From Eubacteriales bacterium (GTDB lineage: Bacteria; Bacillota; Clostridia; Oscillospirales; UBA644), in assembly GCA_045652445.1 (NCBI GenBank), contig JAZRUJ010000067.1:1-54982 (forward strand): a stretch of 54,982 bases of DNA, given 5' to 3'. The notes beneath the pieces were generated by a model. The model ran no database searches. It saw nothing but the letters and a program-made list of their open reading frames with translations, and was not told the DNA's origin. Below are positions 45,051 through 54,327 of this stretch, piece after piece; the stretch's first letter is position 1; each line of letters starts with the position of its first letter. The position numbers and the translations under genes are program-made.

Positions 45051-46427
45051 TTATCCCTCCCCAATTGCCGATGCAGAGGGCAACCCCTTGCCGGTCAAAT
45101 AATCAATCATCGCCTGAGCGTCGTTGCGGTCTACCGTTCCGTTGCCGTCCAGATCGGCTCCTTCCCGTTGACGACGGGTCAAATGAGAGCCGGACGCAAT
45201 CCCTTGCAAAAGAACCGTTACGTCACCGGCGGTCAAGACCCCGTCTTTATCCAGATCTCCTCGGGGGAGTCGAATCATGGAAAAAGATCGGGATTGATCC
45301 CCTACCGTGACGGTGGCGGTATATTGCCCCTCTTCCGGGGCAGAATAACGCAACGTATAAGACGAAGGCTGCAACACTTGATAAACCATGTTTTCATTGA
45401 GCCAAGAAACGGTCATTTCCGTCATATCCGGCGTAACCCCGTCATAAAAATAGAAGCGGTCTTCCGGCAAAGAAACCTGCAATACCGATAAGGTATATCC
45501 CAAATGAATCCACCCGGTCTTTGCCGTTCCGTTGGCAGTATAAGTCGTCTTCCCCCACCCGGCGGAAACTTGGGTAATGGTCAAAAGGGTCCCGTGGGGA
45601 ATAGACGTAAGAACCCCGCTGTTGGTGTTGGGCTGGGAACGAAGATTCAATCCGGACGTTCCCGTATTGACCCGAACCTGCCCCGCCTGATACTCGGGAA
45701 CTTCTTCTGCGGGGGGCGTATACGTCCCCGTAGATTCGGGATAATTCACCGGAAGATGAACGTACTGAATTCCGCAGGACTTGTATTTTTGAGTCAGTTC
45801 TTCCCAGGTCCAATACCAGCAGTCCACCTGACAGGCGACCCCGGTATTGGCGTGATAGACGTATAACCCGTTGTCGTCGGTGGAAAGAACGATAAAGGAA
45901 TGCTTGTTGGTTGCTCGGACGTTTGCACCGGTTTTTACGTTTTTAAACAGGTTTTTCACGTTGGCAACGGTCATTTGGGTAGGAGACAAAGACCCCAAAG
46001 AATAAAACTTGTCCGCATTTTGAGGGTGGGAATACTCCCGATCCACAAAGCCGAACAGTTTGTAAAACATATAGTGGGCAAATGCCATACATTGGGAAGA
46101 ATACAAACGAACTTCTTCCCCGTTTTTTTCCGGGTCGTAGTAGGTATTGATACAATCGCAATCGTCGTTGTAATTACAGGTGGCGTGACAAGTGCAGGCT
46201 TTCCCCGTGTCGGAAAAATAAGAACCCACGGGGTACTCGGAGAAAACAACGTCCAACCGCCGGGCAACGGCGGCGTTATCGGTAAAGGTACCCCCGTTTC
46301 CCTTGATTTGCTTGATAACCCCTTGAGACGGATAAGAAAAATAGGGAGAAAACAACGCAAGACCCACCACGGACAGCACCACGAGAATGCTGACGGCGGC
46401 ATAAAAAATCCGAACCCGGCAAGTCAC
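45051..46427 (-). CDS. dockerin-bearing protein with Cys-His hydrolase-like domain and SH3b domain
   Basis: GTG start and an N-terminal hydrophobic segment. A Cys cluster CTCHATCNYNDDCDC precedes SSQCMAFAHYMF...NKHSFIVLS...YHAN, which is CHAP/NlpC-like. The SH3b-like region is GLNLRSQPNTNSGVLTSIPHGTLLTITQVSAGWGK. The canonical dockerin is GDLDKDGVLTAGDVTVLLQ...ADLDGNGTVDRNDAQAMIDYL. Confidence 0.68.
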   Translation of the reverse strand: MTCRVRIFYAAVSILVVLSVVGLALFSPYFSYPSQGVIKQIKGNGGTFTDNAAVARRLDVVFSEYPVGSYFSDTGKACTCHATCNYNDDCDCINTYYDPEKNGEEVRLYSSQCMAFAHYMFYKLFGFVDREYSHPQNADKFYSLGSLSPTQMTVANVKNLFKNVKTGANVRATNKHSFIVLSTDDNGLYVYHANTGVACQVDCWYWTWEELTQKYKSCGIQYVHLPVNYPESTGTYTPPAEEVPEYQAGQVRVNTGTSGLNLRSQPNTNSGVLTSIPHGTLLTITQVSAGWGKTTYTANGTAKTGWIHLGYTLSVLQVSLPEDRFYFYDGVTPDMTEMTVSWLNENMVYQVLQPSSYTLRYSAPEEGQYTATVTVGDQSRSFSMIRLPRGDLDKDGVLTAGDVTVLLQGIASGSHLTRRQREGADLDGNGTVDRNDAQAMIDYLTGKGLPSASAIGEG

Positions 46428-46467
46428 GGCAAATTTCCCCCTCTCTTAAATTTATAATACACTTTTC

Positions 46468-46496
46468 ATTATAACAAGCAAACTCTCCCCTGTCAA
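46468..46496 (-). promoter_or_regulatory. sigma-70 type promoter of the cohesin-dockerin operon
   Basis: The minus strand reads TTGACA (46496-46491), a 17-nt spacer, then TATAAT (46473-46468). Confidence 0.72.
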
Positions 46497-46555
46497 CAAA
46501 GTTCGGACAAAAGTCATAGTTTTTTGCCGATTTTCACCGAATTTGGAGGAAGAAT

Positions 46556-47350
46556 ATGGAACGCTGTCGCCCCCCGTCGACTCCCCGCTCAATTCCCTTA
46601 TTTCGGGTCATTCAAATGCTTCGGGAGGCACAGATCGGTGCCTTTGCCGCCCAAGCGGCGTTTTTTGTACTGCTTTCTGCCATGCCTTTTTTGGTATTTT
46701 TAACAGCGATTATGCGATACGTTCCTTGGAGCGAGGGGGATCTTGCCCGGCTTCTTCCTGCCGGAATCGGGAAAGAATTGCTGAATCTGTTACCTGATTC
46801 CTCCCCCTCGGCGGCAGTCATTTCTCTGTCGGCGGCAACGGCGTTGTGGTCGGCGTCCCGTGGAATTGTGGCGTTAACCCGAGGATTAAACAAAATGTAC
46901 GGGCTGACCGAGGGACGCAGTTACGTATTGCTTCGATTTTTCGCCTTGGCAGAAACGCTGATTTTGGAAATTGCCCTGATTTGTACCCTGGGTGGTGCGG
47001 TGCAGGGAAATTTGTTAACCTCCGAAGAAAACGCCCCCTCTCTTTTGCGGGAAATTTTACGAACCGGGGGCGGATTTCTTCTGTTGACAGTGTTTTTCGT
47101 GTTTTTATACACCCTTTTGCCCGACCATTCCACGGGAATTTTGCCCCAGCTCCCCGGAGCCTTGGGGGCGGCTGCCGGATGGATTGCCTTTACGGAGGGG
47201 TACTCTTTTTACGTGGAGAAGGTGGCAAATTTTCCTCAAATTTACGGAGCTTTATCCAACGTCGCCATGCTGATGCTGTGGCTGTGGCTTTGTTTGTGCA
47301 TTCTGTTTTTAGGAGCGTTTGTCAACCGCATTCTCCGGGAAATGGGATAG
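46556..47350 (+). CDS. YihY/BrkB family membrane protein
   Basis: 264 aa. AFAAQAAFFVLLSAMPFLVFL and a following 5-6 TM pattern are typical of YihY. GGAGG RBS. Confidence 0.75.
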   Translation: MERCRPPSTPRSIPLFRVIQMLREAQIGAFAAQAAFFVLLSAMPFLVFLTAIMRYVPWSEGDLARLLPAGIGKELLNLLPDSSPSAAVISLSAATALWSASRGIVALTRGLNKMYGLTEGRSYVLLRFFALAETLILEIALICTLGGAVQGNLLTSEENAPSLLREILRTGGGFLLLTVFFVFLYTLLPDHSTGILPQLPGALGAAAGWIAFTEGYSFYVEKVANFPQIYGALSNVAMLMLWLWLCLCILFLGAFVNRILREMG

Positions 47351-47392
47351 CGTTTTGTTTTTTCATTGACGGTATAATTCGATTATGACAAA

Positions 47393-47429
47393 CAAAAAAG
47401 ACGGAAGAAATCTTCCGTCTTTTTTATTT
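47393..47429. terminator. bidirectional intrinsic terminator
   Basis: GACGGAAG-aaat-CTTCCGTC flanked by A6 and by T5AT4. Confidence 0.82.
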
Positions 47430-48464
47430 TTATAAAGAATCGGCAATGTCAAAAATCAGCCGTTCGGTCTTCTCCCAGCCCAGGCAGGGATCGGTGATGG
47501 ATTGACCGAAAACGTATTCCCCTTGGTCGACCTTTTGGGCACCGTCTACCAGATAACTTTCGATCATCAAGCCTTTGACCAGCTTGCGGATATCGTCACT
47601 CTGGCGGCAAGAATGAAGAATGTCTTTGGAGATCCGGATCTGTTCCTGCCACATTTTGCCGGAGTTGGAATGGTTGGTATCCACGATCACGCCGGGATTG
47701 GCAAGACCGGATTTTGCATACAGTTCATTCAGGCGACGCAGGTCTTCGTAGTGGTAGTTGGAGATCGCTTTTCCACTCACATCCACAAATCCCCGAAGAA
47801 TGGCGTGGGTAAGGGGGTTTCCTTCGCTCTTTACTTCCCAACCGCGATAAATAAAGGTGTGGGAATGCTGACCGGCGGTGATGGCGTTCATCATAATGGA
47901 AAGATCGCCTCCGGTGGGATTCTTCATCCCTACGGGGATATCCAATCCGCTGGCAGTCAAGCGGTGTTGCTGGTTTTCCACGGAACGAGCCCCTACGGCA
48001 ACGTAGGAAAGAATATCGGACAAATACCGGTAATTGTCCGGGTATAGCATTTCGTCGGCACAGGAAAGACCGTAATCTTTCAAGGCACTCATATGTACAT
48101 CTCGAATGGCAACGATGCCCTTCAGCATATCCGCGTCTACCGTGGGATCGGGCTGATGCAGCATGCCCTTGTAACCGTCCCCGGTGGTACGGGGCTTGTT
48201 GGTGTAGATGCGGGGAATAATGATAATTTTATCTTTCACTTGGTCTTGCACTCTGCGAAGACGGGAAACGTATTCCAAAACCGGTTCTTTCTGATCGGCA
48301 GAGCAGGGACCGATCACCAGGAGAAATTTATCGCTTTTGCCGGTGAACACGTCGGCAATTTCCTGATCCCGGGCGGATTTTACCGCCGCCATTTCTTCGG
48401 TGAGAGGGTATTGTGCTTTGATGTCCATGGGAATGGGAAGTTTCCGAAGGAAGTTCATATTCAT
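47430..48464 (-). CDS. aroG: 3-deoxy-7-phosphoheptulonate (DAHP) synthase, class I alpha-like
   Basis: LLVIGPCSADQ, NKPRTTGDGYKGML and GQSITDPCLGWEKT align with E. coli AroG motifs. Confidence 0.88.
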   Translation of the reverse strand: MNMNFLRKLPIPMDIKAQYPLTEEMAAVKSARDQEIADVFTGKSDKFLLVIGPCSADQKEPVLEYVSRLRRVQDQVKDKIIIIPRIYTNKPRTTGDGYKGMLHQPDPTVDADMLKGIVAIRDVHMSALKDYGLSCADEMLYPDNYRYLSDILSYVAVGARSVENQQHRLTASGLDIPVGMKNPTGGDLSIMMNAITAGQHSHTFIYRGWEVKSEGNPLTHAILRGFVDVSGKAISNYHYEDLRRLNELYAKSGLANPGVIVDTNHSNSGKMWQEQIRISKDILHSCRQSDDIRKLVKGLMIESYLVDGAQKVDQGEYVFGQSITDPCLGWEKTERLIFDIADSL

Positions 48465-48479
48465 AATTATTGTTCTCCG

Positions 48480-49343
48480 CTATTTTTTATCAAATTTTGC
48501 CCGGCGTGCGGTGGAAAGACGCATCATTTCCCGAAGTCCATCTCTGTCATCGGCGGCAAGATATTCCCTCATTCGATCCATTTGGGCGGTAAAGGCGTCC
48601 ATTTGTTGCAATAAGGCTTCTTTGTTGAGCAAAAACAGTTCGCTCCACATTTCGTCGTTGATCCGGGCAATCCGGGTCAGATCCCGGAAGGAGTCCCCGG
48701 TATATTTAACCAGCCGGTCGTCGTCGCTTGCACACATCAAAGAGACCGCCACACAGTGGGTCAACTGGGACAAAAAGGCGATCATGCAATCGTGTTCTTC
48801 GGGGGAAAGACGGGAGATGCGGGCAAAGCCCAGTTCTGCCCCCAGGTCTTCACAAAGACGAATGGCGTCTTCGGAATTTTCTTCCGTAGGCACAACGATG
48901 TAGTTTGCACCGTGGAAAATGGTGTCGTCGGCGTTTTCAATGCCCCCCACTTCTTTCCCTGCCATGGGGTGTACCGAAACGAATTCCACCCCCTCCGGCA
49001 GATGGGAGACTACCGGCTGAATAATACAGGACTTGACACCGGTCACGTCGGTAACCACCGTGCCGGGGCGAATCAGATGCCCGTACTGTTCCACCCACTT
49101 CAAAAGAACGGTTGGATAGAGGGCAAATACGATCATTTCCGCCCGGGAAATTAAATCCTGGTCAATTTCGCAAGAACCTTCGTCGATCATTCCGTGTTCA
49201 AAGGCATAATCCAAGGTATCCTGGCGACGGGCAAACCCGTAAATACAGCGAAAGCCTTTCTTTTTTAAAGCCATGGCGTAGCTTCCGCCCAAAAGACCCA
49301 AACCCACAATCAAAATGCGGGTATCTCGATGCAACTGAATCAT
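48480..49343 (-). CDS. tyrA: prephenate dehydrogenase
   Basis: ILIVGLGLLGGSYAMAL Rossmann motif and HPMAG. Confidence 0.88.
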   Translation of the reverse strand: MIQLHRDTRILIVGLGLLGGSYAMALKKKGFRCIYGFARRQDTLDYAFEHGMIDEGSCEIDQDLISRAEMIVFALYPTVLLKWVEQYGHLIRPGTVVTDVTGVKSCIIQPVVSHLPEGVEFVSVHPMAGKEVGGIENADDTIFHGANYIVVPTEENSEDAIRLCEDLGAELGFARISRLSPEEHDCMIAFLSQLTHCVAVSLMCASDDDRLVKYTGDSFRDLTRIARINDEMWSELFLLNKEALLQQMDAFTAQMDRMREYLAADDRDGLREMMRLSTARRAKFDKK

Positions 49344-50530
49344 AATTCTTCCAACCTAACGTCTACTTTTTTCAATACGTCAAAGAAATTGGGGAAACTC
49401 TTCCCCACCGCCTCGGCACCGTGAATTGTTCCGCCGTAACGGATCGCCAAAATTGCCAAGGACATCACCACCCGATGGTCGTTATGCCCGTCTAAGGGCG
49501 TTTTTGGGGGAGAAAGAGGAGTTTTTTCGATTTCGATACAATTTTCGTCTACGCGGATTTTGGCTCCGAATTTTGCCAATTCTTCCGCCATAACCGTTCC
49601 CCGGTCACTTTCTTTTATTTTCAGCCGACGGGTATCGGTCAAACGGCAGCCGTGATACAGGGCGGCAACCGTCATTAAAATGGGGGCAAGGTCAGGACAG
49701 TCGAGAATGGAAATTTCGCAAAAGCCTTTCCGCAATTTGTCAAACAACTCGTTCCAAACCCGGTCGCCTTGCTCCGTTTCGGCGTTTCTGCCGGTGAGCG
49801 TCACCTTGCCGGAAAAATCCAAAGCACCCAAAAAGGCGGCGTTAGACTCGTCTCCCTCCACCCTGGCGTCAGCGGGGAGATAGGTCTGGTTTCCGGGAAT
49901 GACAAAGGTAGTCTCGTTTTCCCGCAAAACCGAGATGCCGAATTGCTTCAGGGCGGACAGGGTCAACCGCAAATAAGAAGCACTTTCCAGGGGGGTGGTG
50001 CAGAGAATCCGACTATCCCCCGAAAGAAGCGGTAAAACAAACAAAAGCCCCGTAATAAACTGGCTGCTGACATTTCCGGGGAGGGAAAAATCCCCAGGGG
50101 TCAACGTGCCGGAAACGGAAACTGTGCTGGAACTTCTCGCCAAAGAAAGGTCCGGCAAAGATTCGTACACCGACAAGGGGCGTTCCATCAGCCGTTGGCT
50201 TCCCGATAAAACTCCGCCACCGGACAAAAGGCAAAGAGGCAGAAAAAACCGCAACGTGCTTCCGCTTTCCCGACAGGGCAAAACGGGATTTTTTGCAAAG
50301 ACGCCTCCCGTTCCGTGGACGGTGACGGTAGAACCCCGTCGCTCGGTTTTGATCCCGAGGGCGGAAAGACAATCCAACGTTGCCAAAATATCTTCGGAAA
50401 ACGCCACGTTTTCAATCACGCTGATTCCCTTTGCAAGTCCGGCACAAATCAAAAGCCGGTGTGCCATACTTTTGGAGGGCGGCACCGAAACTTCTCCCCG
50501 AGGGGAAGAAGGATAAATCGTACAAATCAT
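49340..50530 (-). CDS. aroA: 3-phosphoshikimate 1-carboxyvinyltransferase (EPSP synthase)
   Basis: 396 aa from the ATG at 50530 (MICTIYPSSPRGEVSVPPSKSMAHR), which forms an ATGA overlap with the aroQ stop. The upstream 160 codons of the ORF-track ORF overlap aroQ and are discarded. Confidence 0.88.
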   Translation of the reverse strand: MICTIYPSSPRGEVSVPPSKSMAHRLLICAGLAKGISVIENVAFSEDILATLDCLSALGIKTERRGSTVTVHGTGGVFAKNPVLPCRESGSTLRFFLPLCLLSGGGVLSGSQRLMERPLSVYESLPDLSLARSSSTVSVSGTLTPGDFSLPGNVSSQFITGLLFVLPLLSGDSRILCTTPLESASYLRLTLSALKQFGISVLRENETTFVIPGNQTYLPADARVEGDESNAAFLGALDFSGKVTLTGRNAETEQGDRVWNELFDKLRKGFCEISILDCPDLAPILMTVAALYHGCRLTDTRRLKIKESDRGTVMAEELAKFGAKIRVDENCIEIEKTPLSPPKTPLDGHNDHRVVMSLAILAIRYGGTIHGAEAVGKSFPNFFDVLKKVDVRLEEL

Positions 50531-50964
50531 GCCTTTTCTCCGTGTTTTAATAACAGATCCACCGCTTCCAAATATCCGTCGGTTCCGTGTCCAACAACCG
50601 AGGCGATACAAGCGGGGCGAATATAACTGACCGAACGGAAGGATTCTCGCCGGGACACGTCGGAAATGTGAACCTCCACCGTGGGAATGCCCACCGCTTT
50701 CAACGCGTCCAAAAGAGCGATACTGGTGTGAGTATAGGCTCCGGGATTGAACACAATTCCGTCGATATTGCCGTAGGCTTGTTGAATCTGATCCACCAGA
50801 TCCCCCTCGTGATTGGATTGATAAAAGACCACTTCCACCGCCTTTTCGTGGCAATATCCCTGTATTTTCTCCAGCAAAGCGGCATAATTTTCCGTCCCGT
50901 AGATCCCCGGTTCCCGAAGTCCCAGAAGATTCAAATTCGGTCCGTTCAATACCAACAGTTTCAT
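50527..50964 (-). CDS. aroQ: type II 3-dehydroquinate dehydratase
   Basis: MKLLVLNGPNLNLLGLREPGIYG is a canonical AroQ start. Confidence 0.93.
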   Translation of the reverse strand: MKLLVLNGPNLNLLGLREPGIYGTENYAALLEKIQGYCHEKAVEVVFYQSNHEGDLVDQIQQAYGNIDGIVFNPGAYTHTSIALLDALKAVGIPTVEVHISDVSRRESFRSVSYIRPACIASVVGHGTDGYLEAVDLLLKHGEKA

Positions 50965-52226
50965 GCAAAAAAGTCCTTTCGAATGGTTTCAACCGTGTGT
51001 TGCACCACTTCATCTACGGGAATATGGCGATCGCAGACGGTACAGTAGGTATCGTACCGTTCTTCGTATCGTTGCTTGACCGCTTCGGCGGACAACGCCA
51101 AGGGACGGTCGGGGGTGGGAAGAAGATGTTCCAATGCCCGATCCAGGAAATACAAAATTCCCGTCCGCTTCAAACTCCGCACGTTTTCCCGACGGAGAAT
51201 GGCTCCGCCGCCGGTGGCAATCACAGCTCCGGTGGTTTCGTTGCCGATGCGGCGAAGGATTTTGGATTCCAATTCCCGGAATCCTTCTTCCCCCACCTGG
51301 GCAAAGATTTGGGGAATTTCTTTTCCCGCTTCTTTCACGATTTCTTCGTCGGTGTCAATAAACGGTCTGCCCAAAACTTTTGCCAGGGCTTTCCCCACGG
51401 TGGATTTGCCGCTGCCGGGCATTCCCACCAAAACGATATTTTCTTTTTGGGCGGCAATTTCTTTGTAAATTTCCTCGGTCTGTTCGTCCATACCGTCAAA
51501 ATCTCCATCCAGGAAAATGCGGCAGGCTTTTCCCGCCTGTGCCACCAGCATATACAAGCCGGCTCCCCCGGGAATGTCACGTTCTTTGGCGTCTAACACC
51601 AAGTTTGTCCGCAGGGGATTATAGACCACGTCCACCACCCCGGACAGATTGGGAAACCGAGAAATATCAATGGGCGTTCCCGCTCGATCGGGGGTCCCGT
51701 CCGCATAAGGATACATTCCGCAAGGAGTGGTATTAATGATCACGTCTGCATCGGAATGCAACTCGTAGGCTTGGTCGAAGGTCACGTCCGGATTGTCTTG
51801 TTGCCGACCTGCAACCACCACCAAAGCGGCGTTGTTTCCCTTTGCTACCGCTTGGGCGGTGTGGGAAGTTCCTCCGGTGCCTAAGATCAGAACCTTTTTC
51901 CCCGCAAGAGAAATACCGATATGGCGGATCAAGGCGTCCATGCCGTAATAGTCGGTGTTATATCCGTACAATTCTCCGTTCCGGTTGACCACCGTGTTGA
52001 CGGCTCCGATGGACAGAGCATCTTCGTCCACGTGGGACAACATGGGAATGACCACTTGCTTATAAGGAATGGTCACGTTGATGCCCCGAAATTCCCGGCG
52101 GGCAATAAAGTCCGCCACTTCATGGGGGGCAAGTTCGGTCACTTTATAATCATAATCGGCACACCGATTGTGAATTTCTTTGGAAAAACTATGGGGCAAA
52201 TGTTCCCCGATCACTCCGTATTCCAT
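50961..52226 (-). CDS. aroE-aroK: fused shikimate dehydrogenase / shikimate kinase
   Basis: The N-terminal half is AroE-like (GINVTIPYKQ, GAVNTV, NTDYYG, GTGG). The C-terminal 170 aa are AroK-like (LVGMPGSGKSTVGKALA, DTDEEI). Confidence 0.85.
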   Translation of the reverse strand: MEYGVIGEHLPHSFSKEIHNRCADYDYKVTELAPHEVADFIARREFRGINVTIPYKQVVIPMLSHVDEDALSIGAVNTVVNRNGELYGYNTDYYGMDALIRHIGISLAGKKVLILGTGGTSHTAQAVAKGNNAALVVVAGRQQDNPDVTFDQAYELHSDADVIINTTPCGMYPYADGTPDRAGTPIDISRFPNLSGVVDVVYNPLRTNLVLDAKERDIPGGAGLYMLVAQAGKACRIFLDGDFDGMDEQTEEIYKEIAAQKENIVLVGMPGSGKSTVGKALAKVLGRPFIDTDEEIVKEAGKEIPQIFAQVGEEGFRELESKILRRIGNETTGAVIATGGGAILRRENVRSLKRTGILYFLDRALEHLLPTPDRPLALSAEAVKQRYEERYDTYCTVCDRHIPVDEVVQHTVETIRKDFFA

Positions 52227-52227
52227 C

Positions 52228-53316
52228 TTATTCTCCTAAATAATCCGTTCCGAAACGCAAGGCTAACAAATCGCAAAGCCCCAAGGCGGCTACACTGTCT
52301 ACCACCACTCTTGCCCGATGGGCGATACAGGGGTCGTGACGTCCTGTCAGGGTGAAATCCACGTCGGCTCCGGAAGTAAAATCTACGGTAGGCTGGGTTT
52401 TAAAAATCGAGGGGGTGGGCTTGACGGCACACCGGAACAGCACCGGCATTCCGTTGGTAATTCCACCATTGATCCCCCCATTGGAATTGGTGACGGTAAC
52501 CACAGTATTTTCCTTCATACAAAAGGCGTCGTTGGCTTGGCTTCCCTTTTGGTCCACAAGGGCAAACCCGGCACCGAATTCTACTCCTTTGATGCCCGGC
52601 ACCGAAAAGAGCAAGTGGGAAAGGTTGCTTTCCACCGTGTCAAACCAAGGTTCGCCCACGCCGGCGGGAAGCCCCAAAACAACGGTTTCCAAAATTCCGC
52701 CCACGCTATCCCCCTCTTCCTTGGCGGAAAGAATGGCTTGTTTCATGGACGATTCTTTCTCCGGACACAAAACGGGAAAGGCTTTCCGGGAAAGAAGTTC
52801 AATATCGCTCTTATAATCTTCAAACCCACGGTCGTCAATTCCGGCACACCGAGAAAGATGGGTGCCGATCAAAATATTTTTCTTTTTCAACGCAGAAAGA
52901 GCAATGGCACCCGCCGCCACAAGACCGGCGGGGATCCGTCCGCTGAAATGACCGCCGCCCCGGGGGTCTTCGTTGCCGTGATATTTGGCATAGGCGGTAT
53001 AATCCGCATGACCGGGACGGGCTTTGCCGTAATGGGCATAATCCTGGCTATGCTGGGCCGTATTGGGAATACGGATACAAAGAGGAGTTCCGGTGGTTTT
53101 CCCCCGGTAAACGCCACTTTCAATCACAAAAGGATCTTGCTCCCGCCGTCCCGTAGACAACCCGTCGGAGGGTCTGCGGAGAGACAGTTGATGGGCAATC
53201 CATGCTTCGTCCACTTCCAGGCCGGGGGCAAGACCGTCGATGACGACCCCCACGCTGGCACCGTGGCTTTCCCCGAACAGCGTGACTGCCACCGAAGAAC
53301 CAAAGGTATTTTTCAT
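52228..53316 (-). CDS. aroC: chorismate synthase
   Basis: TLFGESHG start, RPGHADY and GRHDPC motifs. Confidence 0.93.
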   Translation of the reverse strand: MKNTFGSSVAVTLFGESHGASVGVVIDGLAPGLEVDEAWIAHQLSLRRPSDGLSTGRREQDPFVIESGVYRGKTTGTPLCIRIPNTAQHSQDYAHYGKARPGHADYTAYAKYHGNEDPRGGGHFSGRIPAGLVAAGAIALSALKKKNILIGTHLSRCAGIDDRGFEDYKSDIELLSRKAFPVLCPEKESSMKQAILSAKEEGDSVGGILETVVLGLPAGVGEPWFDTVESNLSHLLFSVPGIKGVEFGAGFALVDQKGSQANDAFCMKENTVVTVTNSNGGINGGITNGMPVLFRCAVKPTPSIFKTQPTVDFTSGADVDFTLTGRHDPCIAHRARVVVDSVAALGLCDLLALRFGTDYLGE

Positions 53317-53319
53317 CGT

Positions 53320-54324
53320 TTATAACACCTCCCGCATTTGTTGTGCCAAGGTTTCAAATTCCATATAATCCATGCGATATTCCCCGATGGCGGGGCAGGT
53401 AACGACGGTGATCCCGTCTGCAAGGCATTTCTTATCGTGTGCCATGGCGGAAAGAATTTCCTCAGGATTTTCGTGATATTCCGTAGGCAGATTCAAGGAT
53501 TTCAAAATCCTCGTCAACCGATTCCGCAATTCGGGGGCGGTCATGGGGATCATGCCCAAGGCAACACATTCCCCGTGGAGCAAAGAATATCCGCTAACCG
53601 TTTCTATGGCGTGACCCAAGGTATGACCGAAATTTAAAATCCGGCGAAGACCGTCTTCTTTTTCGTCTTTCTCCACCACGTCGGCTTTGGCTTTCAGAGA
53701 ACGGTAGATCACTTCTTCGATCTTTTGGTAGGCTTCGCCCTTTTCAAAAAGGTCGAACAGTTCTCCGTCCCGGATCATCGCCATCTTTACCGCTTCCGCC
53801 ATTCCGGCGGACACTTGGCGGGGATCTAACGTCTGCAACACGTCGGGGTCTACCAAAACCCCTTTCGGCTGATAAAAAGCACCTACGATATTTTTGTATC
53901 CCTGGTAGTCTACGGCAACTTTGCCGCCCACCGAAGAATCAATTTGGGATAACAACGTGGTAGGAATATTGTAAAAATCAATCCCTCTTAAATAGGACGC
54001 CGCCGCAAAGCCGCTCATGTCTCCGCAAACACCGCCCCCTACGGCAACCACGCAATCTCCCCGGGTAAAATTATGCTCCACCAAAGCATCCAAAAGGGTC
54101 ATCCAGGTTTGGACGGTTTTGCTTTGCTCCCCTTGTTGGAAGGAAATAAGAATGGGGGTTTTGCATTGTTTTGCCACCCTTTCGGCATATTGCTTGGGAA
54201 CGCCGGAGTCGGAGACGACCAACACTTTGCGATCCAGATCAAACCATTCTCCCACCCGGGAAAGGCAACCCCGTTCTATGACTACGTCGTAAGAACGGAC
54301 TCCCAAATCCACCGTTAAGGTCAT
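53320..54324 (-). CDS. aroB: 3-dehydroquinate synthase
   Basis: VAVGGGVCGDMSGFAAA and NFGHTLGHAIE motifs. Confidence 0.92.
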   Translation of the reverse strand: MTLTVDLGVRSYDVVIERGCLSRVGEWFDLDRKVLVVSDSGVPKQYAERVAKQCKTPILISFQQGEQSKTVQTWMTLLDALVEHNFTRGDCVVAVGGGVCGDMSGFAAASYLRGIDFYNIPTTLLSQIDSSVGGKVAVDYQGYKNIVGAFYQPKGVLVDPDVLQTLDPRQVSAGMAEAVKMAMIRDGELFDLFEKGEAYQKIEEVIYRSLKAKADVVEKDEKEDGLRRILNFGHTLGHAIETVSGYSLLHGECVALGMIPMTAPELRNRLTRILKSLNLPTEYHENPEEILSAMAHDKKCLADGITVVTCPAIGEYRMDYMEFETLAQQMREVL

Positions 54325-54327
54325 GGA

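Noticed and set aside
50531-51013. N-terminal 160 codons of the 557-aa ORF 49340-51013
   Set aside because: This part overlaps aroQ in another frame and is Gly/Arg/Ser-rich. EPSP synthase homology begins at MICTIYPSSPRGE (ATG at 50530), which forms an ATGA junction with the aroQ stop.
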